Origin: Squalus acanthias
Lineage: Eukaryota
Length of the DNA: 64,000 nucleotides
Reading direction: 5' to 3'
Assembly: GCA_030390025.1 (NCBI GenBank)
Contig: JASTWF010000035.1
Location: 1,984,001-2,048,000 of the forward strand
A program made the translations under genes and the position numbers. Under the pieces are notes generated by a model. The model was not told where the DNA came from and ran no database searches. It saw only the letters and a list, made by a program, of their open reading frames with translations. This document shows positions 24,797 to 34,842 of this stretch, piece by piece; the stretch's first letter is position 1, and each line of letters opens with the position of its first letter.

Positions 24797-27423
24797 ATAT
24801 TACATCTAGTTCCCTCGTCTAGATCATTAATATATATAGTGAATAGCTGGGGTCCTAGAACCGATCCCTGCGGAACCCCACTAGTCACTGCCTGCCACTA
24901 GGAAAAAGACCTGTTTATTCCAACTCTTTGCTTCCTGTCTGCCAACCAGTTCTCTATCCAAGTCAGTACCTTGCCCCCAATCCCATGTGCCTTAACTTTA
25001 CATGCTAATCTCTTATGCGGGACCTCATCGAAAGCCTTCTGAAAGTCCAAATACACCACATCCACTGGTTCTCCCTTATCTATTCTATCAGTTACATCCT
25101 CAAAAAATTCCAGTAGATTAGTCAAGCACGATTTACCTTTTGTAAATCCATGTTGACTTTGTCCAATCCTGTCACTGTTTTCCAAGTGCTCTGCTATTAC
25201 ATCTTTTATAATGGACTCTAGCATTTTCCCCACAACTGATGTCAGGCTTACCGGTCTATAATTCCCCGTTTTTTCTTTACCACCTTTTTTGAACAGTGGG
25301 GTTACATTAGCTACCCGCCAATCCATGGGAACTGTTCCAGAGTCTATAGAATTTTGGAAGATTACCAGCAATGCATCTACTATTTCTAGGGCCACTTCCT
25401 TAAGTACCCTAGGATGTAGATTATCAGGCCCTAGGGATTTATCGGCCTTTAATGCCATCAATTTCCCTAACACCATTTCCCTACAAATACTGATTTCATT
25501 CAGTTCCTCCCTCTCATTAGACCCTATGTTCCCCGACATCTCTGGGAGGTTATTTCTGTTCTCCTTTGTGAAGACAGAGCCAATGTATGTATTTAATTGA
25601 TCTGCCATTTCTTTGTTCCCCATTATAAATTCCCCTGATTCTGACTGCAAGGGACCTACGCTTGACTTCACCAATCTTTTTCTCTTTCCACATTTATAAA
25701 AGCTTTTACAGTCAGTTTTTATGTTCCCTGCAAGCTTACGCTCGTACTCTATTTTCCCCCTCTTAATTAATCCCTTTTTCCTCCTTTGCTGAATCCTAAA
25801 CTGCTCCCAATCCTTAGGGTTACCGCTTTTTCTGGCCAATTTATATGTCCTCTCCTTGGATCTTATGCTATCCCTGATTTCCCTTGTTAGCCACGGTTGA
25901 GTCATTTAGGGGGTGGTAATGGGGTCAGCCTTCACCTTCTGACTCAGTGAGCGGTTTGAATCGCTCCCACACCCCGGGTTCCTAGACTTTGGACTTATTT
26001 AGGGGTTGTGAACAAAAATGCAGTAGACAACAGGGTCTGGTGAAAGAATTTTTACTTTATTAAAAGAAAAGGGCAACAAACTTAAAACACACTTAATACT
26101 TAAACACAGATTGGGGAGCACACGGTACAGGCGAGGTACCAAACAAAAACCTTATCCCTCCCAAAGATCCCACTATCTAGCTAGGTTTTTGGTTTCAGGA
26201 GATCAGGGATAATGCTCACCAACGAATCCTTGACAGGATTTTAGAGTCTTTTGTTTAAAAGATTTCATAAGGTCCTTGTTGCTGCGAGGTGTCCGATGGT
26301 CACTGAGGCAGTCACTCTGGTTTCTTCTTGTGTGATGGTCTGTTTGTTGGCCTTCCTCCTCGTGGCTTGTAGTGGTTTTGCTGGAGCAGGGGGAGAGCTG
26401 TGCCGGCGTTGTCAGCGAGTCCAAAAGAGAAAGAGTTTTGGGACAGGCTTCAATTATATTCTCTTTTTCGCGCCCAAAACCCCTTACTAAAACGGTTTCC
26501 TTTAGGTTGCAAATGAGCCTTGTTTAGTCCATTGTCTAGTTTTGGCGGGCTTGCCAGTTCCGATGGCTTTAGCTCAGTGTTAAACATGTCCTGATCGTTT
26601 TCCGATTTAACACAGCCTTATCTACGCGCCAAATCGCAACCCTATTGTCCTAGGTCTATTGGCGGGCTTTTAAATCTGTCCTGTGGATACCTGGTTGATT
26701 GGTTTTTGATGAAGTACTAAATGTTTTATTGATTTCAAAAGAGGTCTTGGATTATTCATATTGTCTTTTGTGTTGTGAGGCTTTTGGTTTTGTCTTTTCC
26801 TCCTTGATAGGAAGGCAGTGTAAACACACTGCAGACAGCTCACTACACTGCCTGGCCACGCCCCGCTGCAGCCTTGTGTCTGTGAAAGGTGTCTTTCCCA
26901 ACAGTAAGATTTGAAAAGTCATTTCCTCAGGGTTTTCTTCTTGTGATCTTTAAAAATCACTTCACTTAGGGTTCTGTTCGAGTTTCTGGGGGATTTTGTG
27001 AAGCCTACAGTCATCTTTTTTGTTTTATTTTTATGCCAGATAGGGATGAACAAATTCTGTAGTTCATCCATGCGATCTTTGAATGTTTGCCATTGCCTAT
27101 CCACTGTCAACCCTTTGAGTAACATTCCCCAATCTATCCTACCCAACTCGCGCCTCATACCATCGTAGTTTCCTTTATTTAAATTCAGGACCCAAGTCTC
27201 TGATTCGACTACTTCACTCTCCATCCTAATGAAGAATTCTATCATATTATGATCACTCTGACCCAAGGGGCCCCGCACAACAAGATTGCTAATTAATCCT
27301 TTCTCGTTACATAATACCCAGTCTAAGATGGCCTGGTCTCTAGTTGGTTCCTCGACATATTGGTCCAGGAAACCATCCCGTATACACTCCAGGAATTCCT
27401 CCTCCACAGTATTGTTACTAATT
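24797..27423 (-). mobile_element. CR1-B 5' part (ORF2, 5'-truncated), split by a solo LTR
   Basis: ORFs 24898-25905 and 26919-27455 are collinear with the 3' part at 18568-19522. Confidence 0.92.
25905..27009 (-). mobile_element. Solo LTR, ~1.1 kb (ERV- or Gypsy-type)
   Basis: Termini TTTAGG (decayed TGTAGG)...CCTACA; 4-bp TSD GTCA (25901-25904, 27010-27013); AATAAA and TATA-like motifs on the minus strand. Confidence 0.8.
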
Positions 27424-27567
27424 TGACGAGGGAGATTGAGAAAATGATCAAACAAAAAAAGAGGGTGTATGATGAATGTCAGGTGAATTCTTCAAGGGAG
27501 AACCAGACCAAATACAATAAGTTGAGAGGGGAAGTGAAGATGAAAATAAGATTGGCAAAGAGAGAAT
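27424..27567 (+). mobile_element. CR1-A part 3 (ORF2 tether region)
   Basis: TREIEKMIKQKKRVYDECQVNSSRENQTKYNKLRGEVKMKIRLAKRE, collinear with the sister copy in ORF 59318-60043. Confidence 0.9.
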
Positions 27568-27760
27568 GGGCTGAGAGCGGATACAGAAGTGGGAGAATGG
27601 GCTGAGAGCGGTACAGAAGTGGGAGAATGGGCTGAGAGCGGTACAGAAGTGGGAGAATGGGCTGAGAGCGGTACAGAAGTGGGAGAATGGGCTGAGAGCG
27701 GTACAGAAGTGGGAGAATGGGCTGAGAGCGGTACAGAAGTGGGAGAATGGGCTGAGAGCG
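27561..27760 (+). repeat. 30-bp tandem monomers (GGGAGAATGGGCTGAGAGCGGTACAGAAGT, ~6.7 copies) at the 5' end of CR1-D
   Basis: Read directly; lies ~190 bp upstream of the ORF1 ATG at 27953. Confidence 0.93.
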
Positions 27761-28703
27761 GGCCCGGAGCAGCACCACCCGAACTGGGAGTGTAAGAAGT
27801 AGAAAGATTCAAAGTGTGACATCACAGGAAAGCAGGGAAGCGATTGGTTGGTCAGTCTTTCTCTTTCTCTTGGGCATTGGTTTAAATTAAGAGCCGCGAT
27901 TCAAAACTAAACGTTCAAAACTTAAACATTTAATTAATTAAATACATTAGAGATGGCAGGGCTGGCGATGTGTTACTGCTGCAACATGTGGGAGCTGGTG
28001 GACACCATTGAGGTCCACGGCAACCACATTTGCAGAAAGTGTTGGTTGCTCGAGGAACTTCGGCTCCGTGTTGATGAGCTGGAGTCCGAGCTTCAAACAC
28101 TGCGACACATCAGGGAGGGGGAGAGCTACCTGGACGCTGTGTTCCAGGAGGCAGTCACACCCACTAGATTAATTAATTCAAATTTGGTCCGTGGTCAGGG
28201 ACAGGTGGGTGTGACTACGAGCGAGGCAGGTATTGGGATCCAGGAGGTAGTGGTGGAGCAGCCTCAGCCCTTGCGCTTGTCCAACGAGGTTCTTACTCTC
28301 TGTGTGGGCGAGAGCAGGGACTGCAGGGAGGATGAGCAAACTGACCACAGCACCGTGGTACAGGGAGCCATTCAAGTGGGGGGAGCAAAAAGAAATGTGG
28401 TTGTGGTAGGGGACAGTATAGTTAGGGGGATAGATACTGTTCTCTGCAGCCAATAGCGTGAGTTCCAAAGGCTGTGTTGCCTGCCAGGGTAAAGGACATC
28501 ATCTCCGGGCTGGAGAGGAACTTAGAGTGGAAGGGGGAAGATCCAGTTATCATGGTCCATGTAGGTACCAATGATATAGGTAGGACAAAGAGGTTCTGCT
28601 GCGGGAGTATAAGCAGCTAGGGGCTAATTTAAAAAGCAGAACCACAAAGGTAATAATCTCTGAATTACTGCCTGAGCCACGTGCAAATTGGTGTAGGGTA
28701 AAT

Positions 28704-29840
28704 TTTCTTCTTCTAAGGCAATCCCTCAGAACCGAGGATGACTTGCTTCCACACTAAAAATGAGTTCTCAGGTGACTGATGAGTCCAATGTGGGACCTAC
28801 AGTCTCTGTCACAGGTGGGGCAGACGGTGGTTGAAGGGGCGGGTGGGTGGGGTGCTTGGGTTGACGTGCGCTCCTTGCGCTGCCTGCGCTTGGCTTCCGC
28901 TTGCTCCCGGCGAAGAGACTCTAGGTGTTCGGTGCCTTCCTGGATGCTTCTCCTCCACTTTGTGCGGTCTTGGGCCAGGGATTCCCAGGTGTCGGTGGGG
29001 ATGTTGCACTTTTTCAAGGAGGCTTTGAGGGTGTCCTTGAAGCGTTTCCTCTGCCCACCTGGGGCTCTCTTGCCGTGTCGGAGCTCCGAGTAGAGCGCTT
29101 GTTTTGGGAGTCTCGTATCAGACATGCGGACGATGTGACCCGTCCATCGGAGCTGATCGAGCGTGGTCAAAGCTTCGATGCTGGGGATGTTGGGTTGAGC
29201 GAGAACACTGACGTTGGTGCACCTATCCTGCCAATGGATTTGCAGGATCTTGCGGAGGCAGCGTTGGTGGTACCTCTCCAGTGCTTTGAGGTGCCTGCTG
29301 TACATGGTCCATGTCTCTGAAGCATACAGGAGGGCGGGTATCACTGCTGCTCTGTAGACCATGAGCTTGGTGCCGGGTTTAAGGTCCTGGTCTTCAAACA
29401 CTCTCTTCCTCAGGCGACCGAAGGCTGCACTGGCGTCGTCGACATCTACCCTTGTTGACAGTAGGCTCCCGAGGTATGGAAAGTGGTCCACATTGTCCAA
29501 GGTCTCATCATGGATTTTGATAATCGGGGAGCAGTACTGTGTGGCGGGGGCAGGTTGGTAGAGGACCTTTGTCTTACGGATGTTTAGTGTAAGGCCCATG
29601 CTCTCGTACGTTTCGGTGAAGGTGTTGACGATGGTTTGGAGTTCGACCTCAGAGTGAGCGCAGACGCAAGCGTCGTCTGCATACTGTAATTCAATGACAG
29701 AGGATGGGACGACCTTAGATCTGGACTGGAGGCGACGGAGGTTGAACAGTTTCCCGTTTGTTCTGTAGATTAGCTCCACTCCAGCGGGGAGCTTACTGAG
29801 GGTGAGATGGAGCATTGCAGCCAGGAAAATTGAGAAGAGA
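28704..29840 (-). mobile_element. 5'-truncated RTE-clade LINE (BovB-like)
   Basis: ORF 28754-29857: GKLFNLRRL, QYADD, FPYLGS, LLYASETW, LRWTGH, RLPK, C-terminal CPTC..H..H finger; (GAA)n tail. Confidence 0.92.
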
Positions 29841-30183
29841 CAGTTATCGTGGTCCACGTAGGTACCAACGACATAGGTAGGACAAAGAAAGAGGTTCTGC
29901 TGAGAGAATATGAGCAGCTAGGGGCTAAATTAAAAAGCAGAACCACAAAGGGAATAATCTCTGGATTACTACCTGAGCCACGTGCAAATTGGCGTCGGGT
30001 AAATAAGATCAGAGAGATGAACGTGTGGCTCAAAGATTGGTGTGGGAGAAATGGGTTTCGATTCCTGGGGCACTGGCACCAGTACTGGGATAAGAGGGAG
30101 CTGTTCCATTGGGACAGGCTTCATTTGAACCAGGCTGGGACCAGTGTCCTGGCGAATCGAATAACTTGGGCTGTAGATAGGGC

Positions 30184-30193
30184 TTTAAACTAA
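30184..30193 (+). promoter_or_regulatory. Candidate -1 frameshift slippery site T_TTA_AAC + TAA at the CR1-D junction
   Basis: The -1 frame is open for 25 codons into ORF 30259-30777; no in-frame ATG before the endonuclease. Confidence 0.7.
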
Positions 30194-30750
30194 ATAGTGG
30201 GGGGGAGGGATACGCTAAGCGGAAATTTAAGAAGTCAAAGAAAAATGAGAAGGCAAAAGTGCAGGGTAGCGATAGGGGTAATGTTAACCAGAGTGTGACA
30301 GGAAGGGACAGAGCGTATACACATAAGAGAGCATCAGAAAGAGGGGTCAGAGTAGGGAAAAATGGTAAAAAGACAAAATTAAAAGCTCTATATCTGAACT
30401 CATGCAGCATTCGTAACAAGATAGATGAGTTGACGGCACAAATAGAAATAACTGGGTATGATCTGAAAGCCATTACAGAGACGTGGTTGCAAGGTGACCA
30501 AAGCTGGGAACTGAATATTCAGGGTTATTTGCCATTTCGTAAGGATAGGCAGAAAGGAAAAGGAGGTGGTGTAGCTCTGTTAATAAGGGATGAGATCAAT
30601 GCAGTAGTGAGAAATGATATTGGTTTAGAAAATCAAGACGTAGAATCAGTTTGGGTGGAGATAAGAAATAATAAGAGTAAGAAGTCACTGTTGGGAGTGG
30701 TCTACAGGCCCCCAAACAGTAGCCACACTGTAGGACAGAGTATAAATCAG

Positions 30751-30896
30751 GTTGGGCCTATACTCATTGGAGTTTAGAAGAATGAGAGGTGATCTTATTG
30801 AAACATATAAGATTCTGAAGGGGCTCGACAGGGTAGATGCAGGTCAAGGATGTTTCCCCTCATGGGGGAATCTAGAACTAGGGGGCATAATTTCAG
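30751..30896 (+). mobile_element. Tail-less internal CR1 ORF2 fragment inserted in the CR1-D endonuclease
   Basis: LGLYSLEFRRMRGDLIETYKIL...; TCAG at both junctions; host resumes at EIIEAC. Confidence 0.8.
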
Positions 30897-31049
30897 AAAT
30901 AATAGAGGCTTGTAAGAAAGGTACGGCTAGAATCATGGGAGATTTTAATCTTCATATTGATTGGACAAAGCAAATTGGCAAAGGTAGACTTGAGGAAGAG
31001 TTCTTAGAGTGAATACGGGATGGTTTCCTGGAACAATATGTTGTGGAAC

Positions 31050-32124
31050 CATAAGAACATAAGATGTAGGAGCAGGAGTCGGCCATTCGGCCCCTCGAGC
31101 CTGCTCCGTCATTCAATAAGATCATGGCTGATCTGATCTTGGCCTCAATTTCACTTCCCTGCCTGCTCACCATAACCCTTGACTCCCTTACCATTCAAAA
31201 ATCTGTCTATCTCCACCTTAAATATATTCAATGACCCAGCCTCCACAGCTCTCTGGGGAAGAGAATTCCAAAGATTCACGACCCTCTGAGAGAAGAAATT
31301 CCTCCTCATTTCCGATTTAAAAGGGTGCCCCCTTATTCTGAAATTATGCCCCCGAGTTCTAGATTCCCCCACGAGCAGAAACATTCTCTCAGCATCTACC
31401 TTGTCGAGCCCCCTCAGAATCTTATATGTTTCAATAAGATCCCCTCTCATTCTTCTAAACTCCAATGAGTATAGGCCCAACCTGCTCAACCTTTCTTCAT
31501 AAGACAAACCCTCCATCTCCGGAATCCAACTCGTGAACCTTCTCTGAACTGCCTCCAATGCAAGTATATCCTTCCTTAAATAAGGAGACCAAAACTGTAC
31601 GCAGTACTACAGGTGTGGTCTCACCAATACCCTGTACAGTTGGAATAGGACTTCCCTACTTTTATACTCCATTCCCTTTGCAATCAAGGCCAACATTCCA
31701 TTTGTCTTCCTAATTACTTGCTGTACCTGCATGCCAACTTATTGTGATTCATTTACAAGGACCCCCGGATCCCTCTGAACTGTAGCATTTTGTAATCTCT
31801 CCCCATTTAAATAATAATTTGCTCTTTTATTTTTCTGACCGAAGTGGATAACCTCGCATTTTCCCACATTAAACTCCATCTGCCAGATTTTTGCCCACTC
31901 ACTTAACCTATCTATATCCCTTTGGAGATTTTTTGCGTCCTCCACACAATTTGCTTTCCCACCTATCTTTGTATCAACAGCAAATTTGGCAACAGTACAC
32001 TCGGTCCCTTCATCCAAGTGATTAATACAGATTGTAAATAGTTGAGGCCCCAGCACTGATCCCTTCGGCAACCCACTAGTTACAGTTTGCCAACCTGAAA
32101 ATGACCCATTTATCCTGACTCTCT
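31050..32124 (-). mobile_element. CR1 LINE 'E', 3' ~1.1 kb
   Basis: ORFs 31151-31558 and 31739-32071; tail CATAAGAA on +. Confidence 0.92.
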
Positions 32125-32812
32125 GGGGGTGATTTTGTCAATGGGGAGCTTTGGGAGGTGGGACTCCCACTTTTCAGGTTTCAGTCCCACCTCCATCAAC
32201 TTCTGGCCAACCCAGCGGGCTTAGCAGGCCAATTAAGGGGAAGCCGGTTACAGAGAACGTCAGCGTATGATGTTTCATCTGTCAAAACTTTTTGACAGAT
32301 GAATTGTCATTGTTTGACAGCTCTGTGAAGCTGTCAAACACTGACATTCTCTGTAGGTTGATGAGTTCTTGAATACAGGAACTCATCAAATCTCTTTCTT
32401 TTGCAGAAATGAGATGGTTGTTGCATTGTAGAATGCAACGGCCATCTGTCATCTCTACTGCGGAGTTGCGAGACTCTCCGTATACCCACCGATTGAAGCC
32501 TGCAGGAAGAAACAAAGGTAAGTACACTTTTTCTAACACTTTGCACTTACCTCAGATACTCACCTCTCCACACTTGCACCCATCACTCACCTCCACAGCG
32601 CACTTTTGGACCCCTCCGACCCCCGCAGACCCCCTACTCGCCTCGCTGACCCTGGCGGAGCCTTCGGGAAGCCCACACTTGTGAGGGCAAAAAGGGGATA
32701 ATCCTATTTTCTGCCTGTTAACTACCTGTTAACAGGCAGTTAAGTGGTTGTAATCCCTTCCCGCCTCCAAGGAGACGGGACCCGGCGAGGGACGGCTACC
32801 CGCCTCCTGGCA
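32125..32812. mobile_element. Probable Harbinger-type non-autonomous element lacking its right terminus
   Basis: Left end GGGGGTGATTTTG resembles the TIR at 41109; CTGTCAAA/TTTGACAG hairpins shared with family A; ACRKK followed by GTAAGT; no matching right TIR found. Confidence 0.55.
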
Positions 32813-33771
32813 AGAGGGCAGTTTGAGGGTGAGAAAGCGAGGTCTCCAACAAGTGTCCTGAACTTAAATAAAGGTAATTACAAAGGTATGAAGGCAGACT
32901 TGGTTAAAGTAGACTGGGAAAATATATTACAGGGTAAGACTGTAGAAAAGCAGTGGCAAACATTTAAGGAGATATTTCATAACTCTCAGCAAAGATATAT
33001 TCCAGTGAGAAGGAAAGACTCTTAGAGAAGGGAGCACCATCCGTGGCTAACTAAGGAAGTAAAGGATGGTATCAAATTGAAAACAAAGGCATACAATGTT
33101 GCGAACAATAGTGAACGGCCAGAGGATTGGGAAATTTTTAAAAACCAGCAAAGGACGACTAAAAAAATGATAAAGAGAGAGAAGATAGCTTATGAGAGTA
33201 AACTAGCAAGAAATATAAAACCAGATAGTAAGAGCTTCTACAAGTATATAAAAAGGAAGAGAGTAGCTAAAGTAAACGTTGGTCTCCTAGAGGATGAGTC
33301 TGGGGAATTAATAATGGGAAACAGGGAAATGGCAGAGACTTTGAACAAATATTTTGTATCTGTCTTCACAGTAGAAGACACTAAAAGCATCCCAATAATG
33401 GATAATCAAGGGGCTATTGGGGTGGGGTGGGGGAACTTAAAACAATCACTATCACTAGAAAGTACCAGGCAAACTAATGGGACTAAAGGTGGACAAGTCC
33501 CCTGGACCCGATGGCCTGCATCCTAGAGTCTTAAAAGAGGTGGCTGCAGAGATATTGGATGCATTGGTTGTAATCTACCAAAATTCCCTGGATTCTGGAG
33601 AGGTCCCAGCGGACTGGAAAACCACAAATGTAACGCTACTATTCAAGAAAGGAGGGAGACAGAAAGCAGTCAACTATAGACCAGTTAGCCTAACATCTGT
33701 CATTGGGAAAATGCTGGAGTCCATCATTAAGGAAGTGGTAGCAGGACATTTAGAAAATCATAATATAGTCA

Positions 33772-33972
33772 TGATGCGGAGATGCCGGTGTTGGACTGGG
33801 GTGGACAAAATTGAGAGGTCGCACAACACCAGGTTATAGTCCAACAGTTTTATTTTAACTCACAAGCTTTCGGAGTTACAACTCCTTCACCTGACGAAGG
33901 AGCAGCCGCTCCGAAAGCTTGTGAGTTAAAATAAAACTGTTGGACTATAACCTGGTGTTGTGCGACCTCTCA
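33772..33972. mobile_element. Penelope-like element remnant (inverted pLTR pair)
   Basis: Perfect 66-bp inverted repeat (33810-33875, 33909-33974); ATAATATAGTCA duplicated at 33760-33771 and 33973-33984; hammerhead core. Confidence 0.85.
33887..33924 (+). ncRNA. Minimal type I hammerhead ribozyme motif
   Basis: TCAC-CTGACGA-A-GGAGC-AGCC-GCTCC-GAAA-GCTT-GTGA: both core boxes, stem II, stem I TCAC/GTGA, and palindromic AGCT in place of stem III. Confidence 0.8.
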
Positions 33973-34842
33973 ATAATATAGTCAAGCAGAGTCAGCATGG
34001 TTTTATGAAAGGGAAATCATGTTTGACAAATTTGCTGGAATTCTTTGAGGATGTAACGAGCAGGGTGGATAAAGGGGAATCAGTGGATGTGGTGTATTTA
34101 GATTTCCAGAAGGCATTCGGTAAGGTGCCACATAAAAGGTTACTGCACAAGATAAGAGCTCACGGGGTTGGGGGTAATATGTTAGCACGGATAGAGGATT
34201 GGCTAACTAACAGAAAGCAGAGAGTCGGGATAAATGGGTCATTTTCAGGTTGGCAAACAGTAACTAGTGGGGTGCCGCAGGATCAGTGCTGGGGCCTCAA
34301 CTATTTACAATCTATATCAATGACTTGGATGAAGGGACTGAGTGTACTGTAGCCACATTTTCTGATGATACAAAGATAGGTGGGAAAGCAAATTGCGTGG
34401 AGGATGCAAAGAATCTCCAAAGGGATATAGATAGGCTAAGTGATTGGGCAAAAATTTGGCAGATGGAGTATAATGTGGGGAAATGCGAGGTTATCCATTT
34501 TGGTAGGAAAATAAAAAAGCTAATTATTATTTATATGGGGAGAGATTACAAAATGCTGAGGTACAAAGGGATCTGGGGGTCCTTGTAAATGAATCACAAA
34601 ACATTAGCATGCAGGTACAGCAAGTAATTAGGAAGGCAAATGGAGTGTTGGCCTTTATTGCAAGGGGGCTGGAGTATAAATGCAGGGAAGTCCTGTTACA
34701 ACTGTACAGGGTATTGGTGAGACCACACCTGGAGTACTGCGTACAGTTTTGTTTTCCATATTTAAGGAAGGATATACTTGCATTGGAGGCAGTTCAGAGA
34801 AGGCTTATGAGGTTGATTCTGGAGATGAAGGCGTTGTCTTAT

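Noticed and set aside
27448..27825. Repeat proteins (ALSPFSHFCT)n, (RSQPILPLLY)n, (GEWAESGTEV)n
   Set aside because: Translations of the 30-bp CR1 5' monomers
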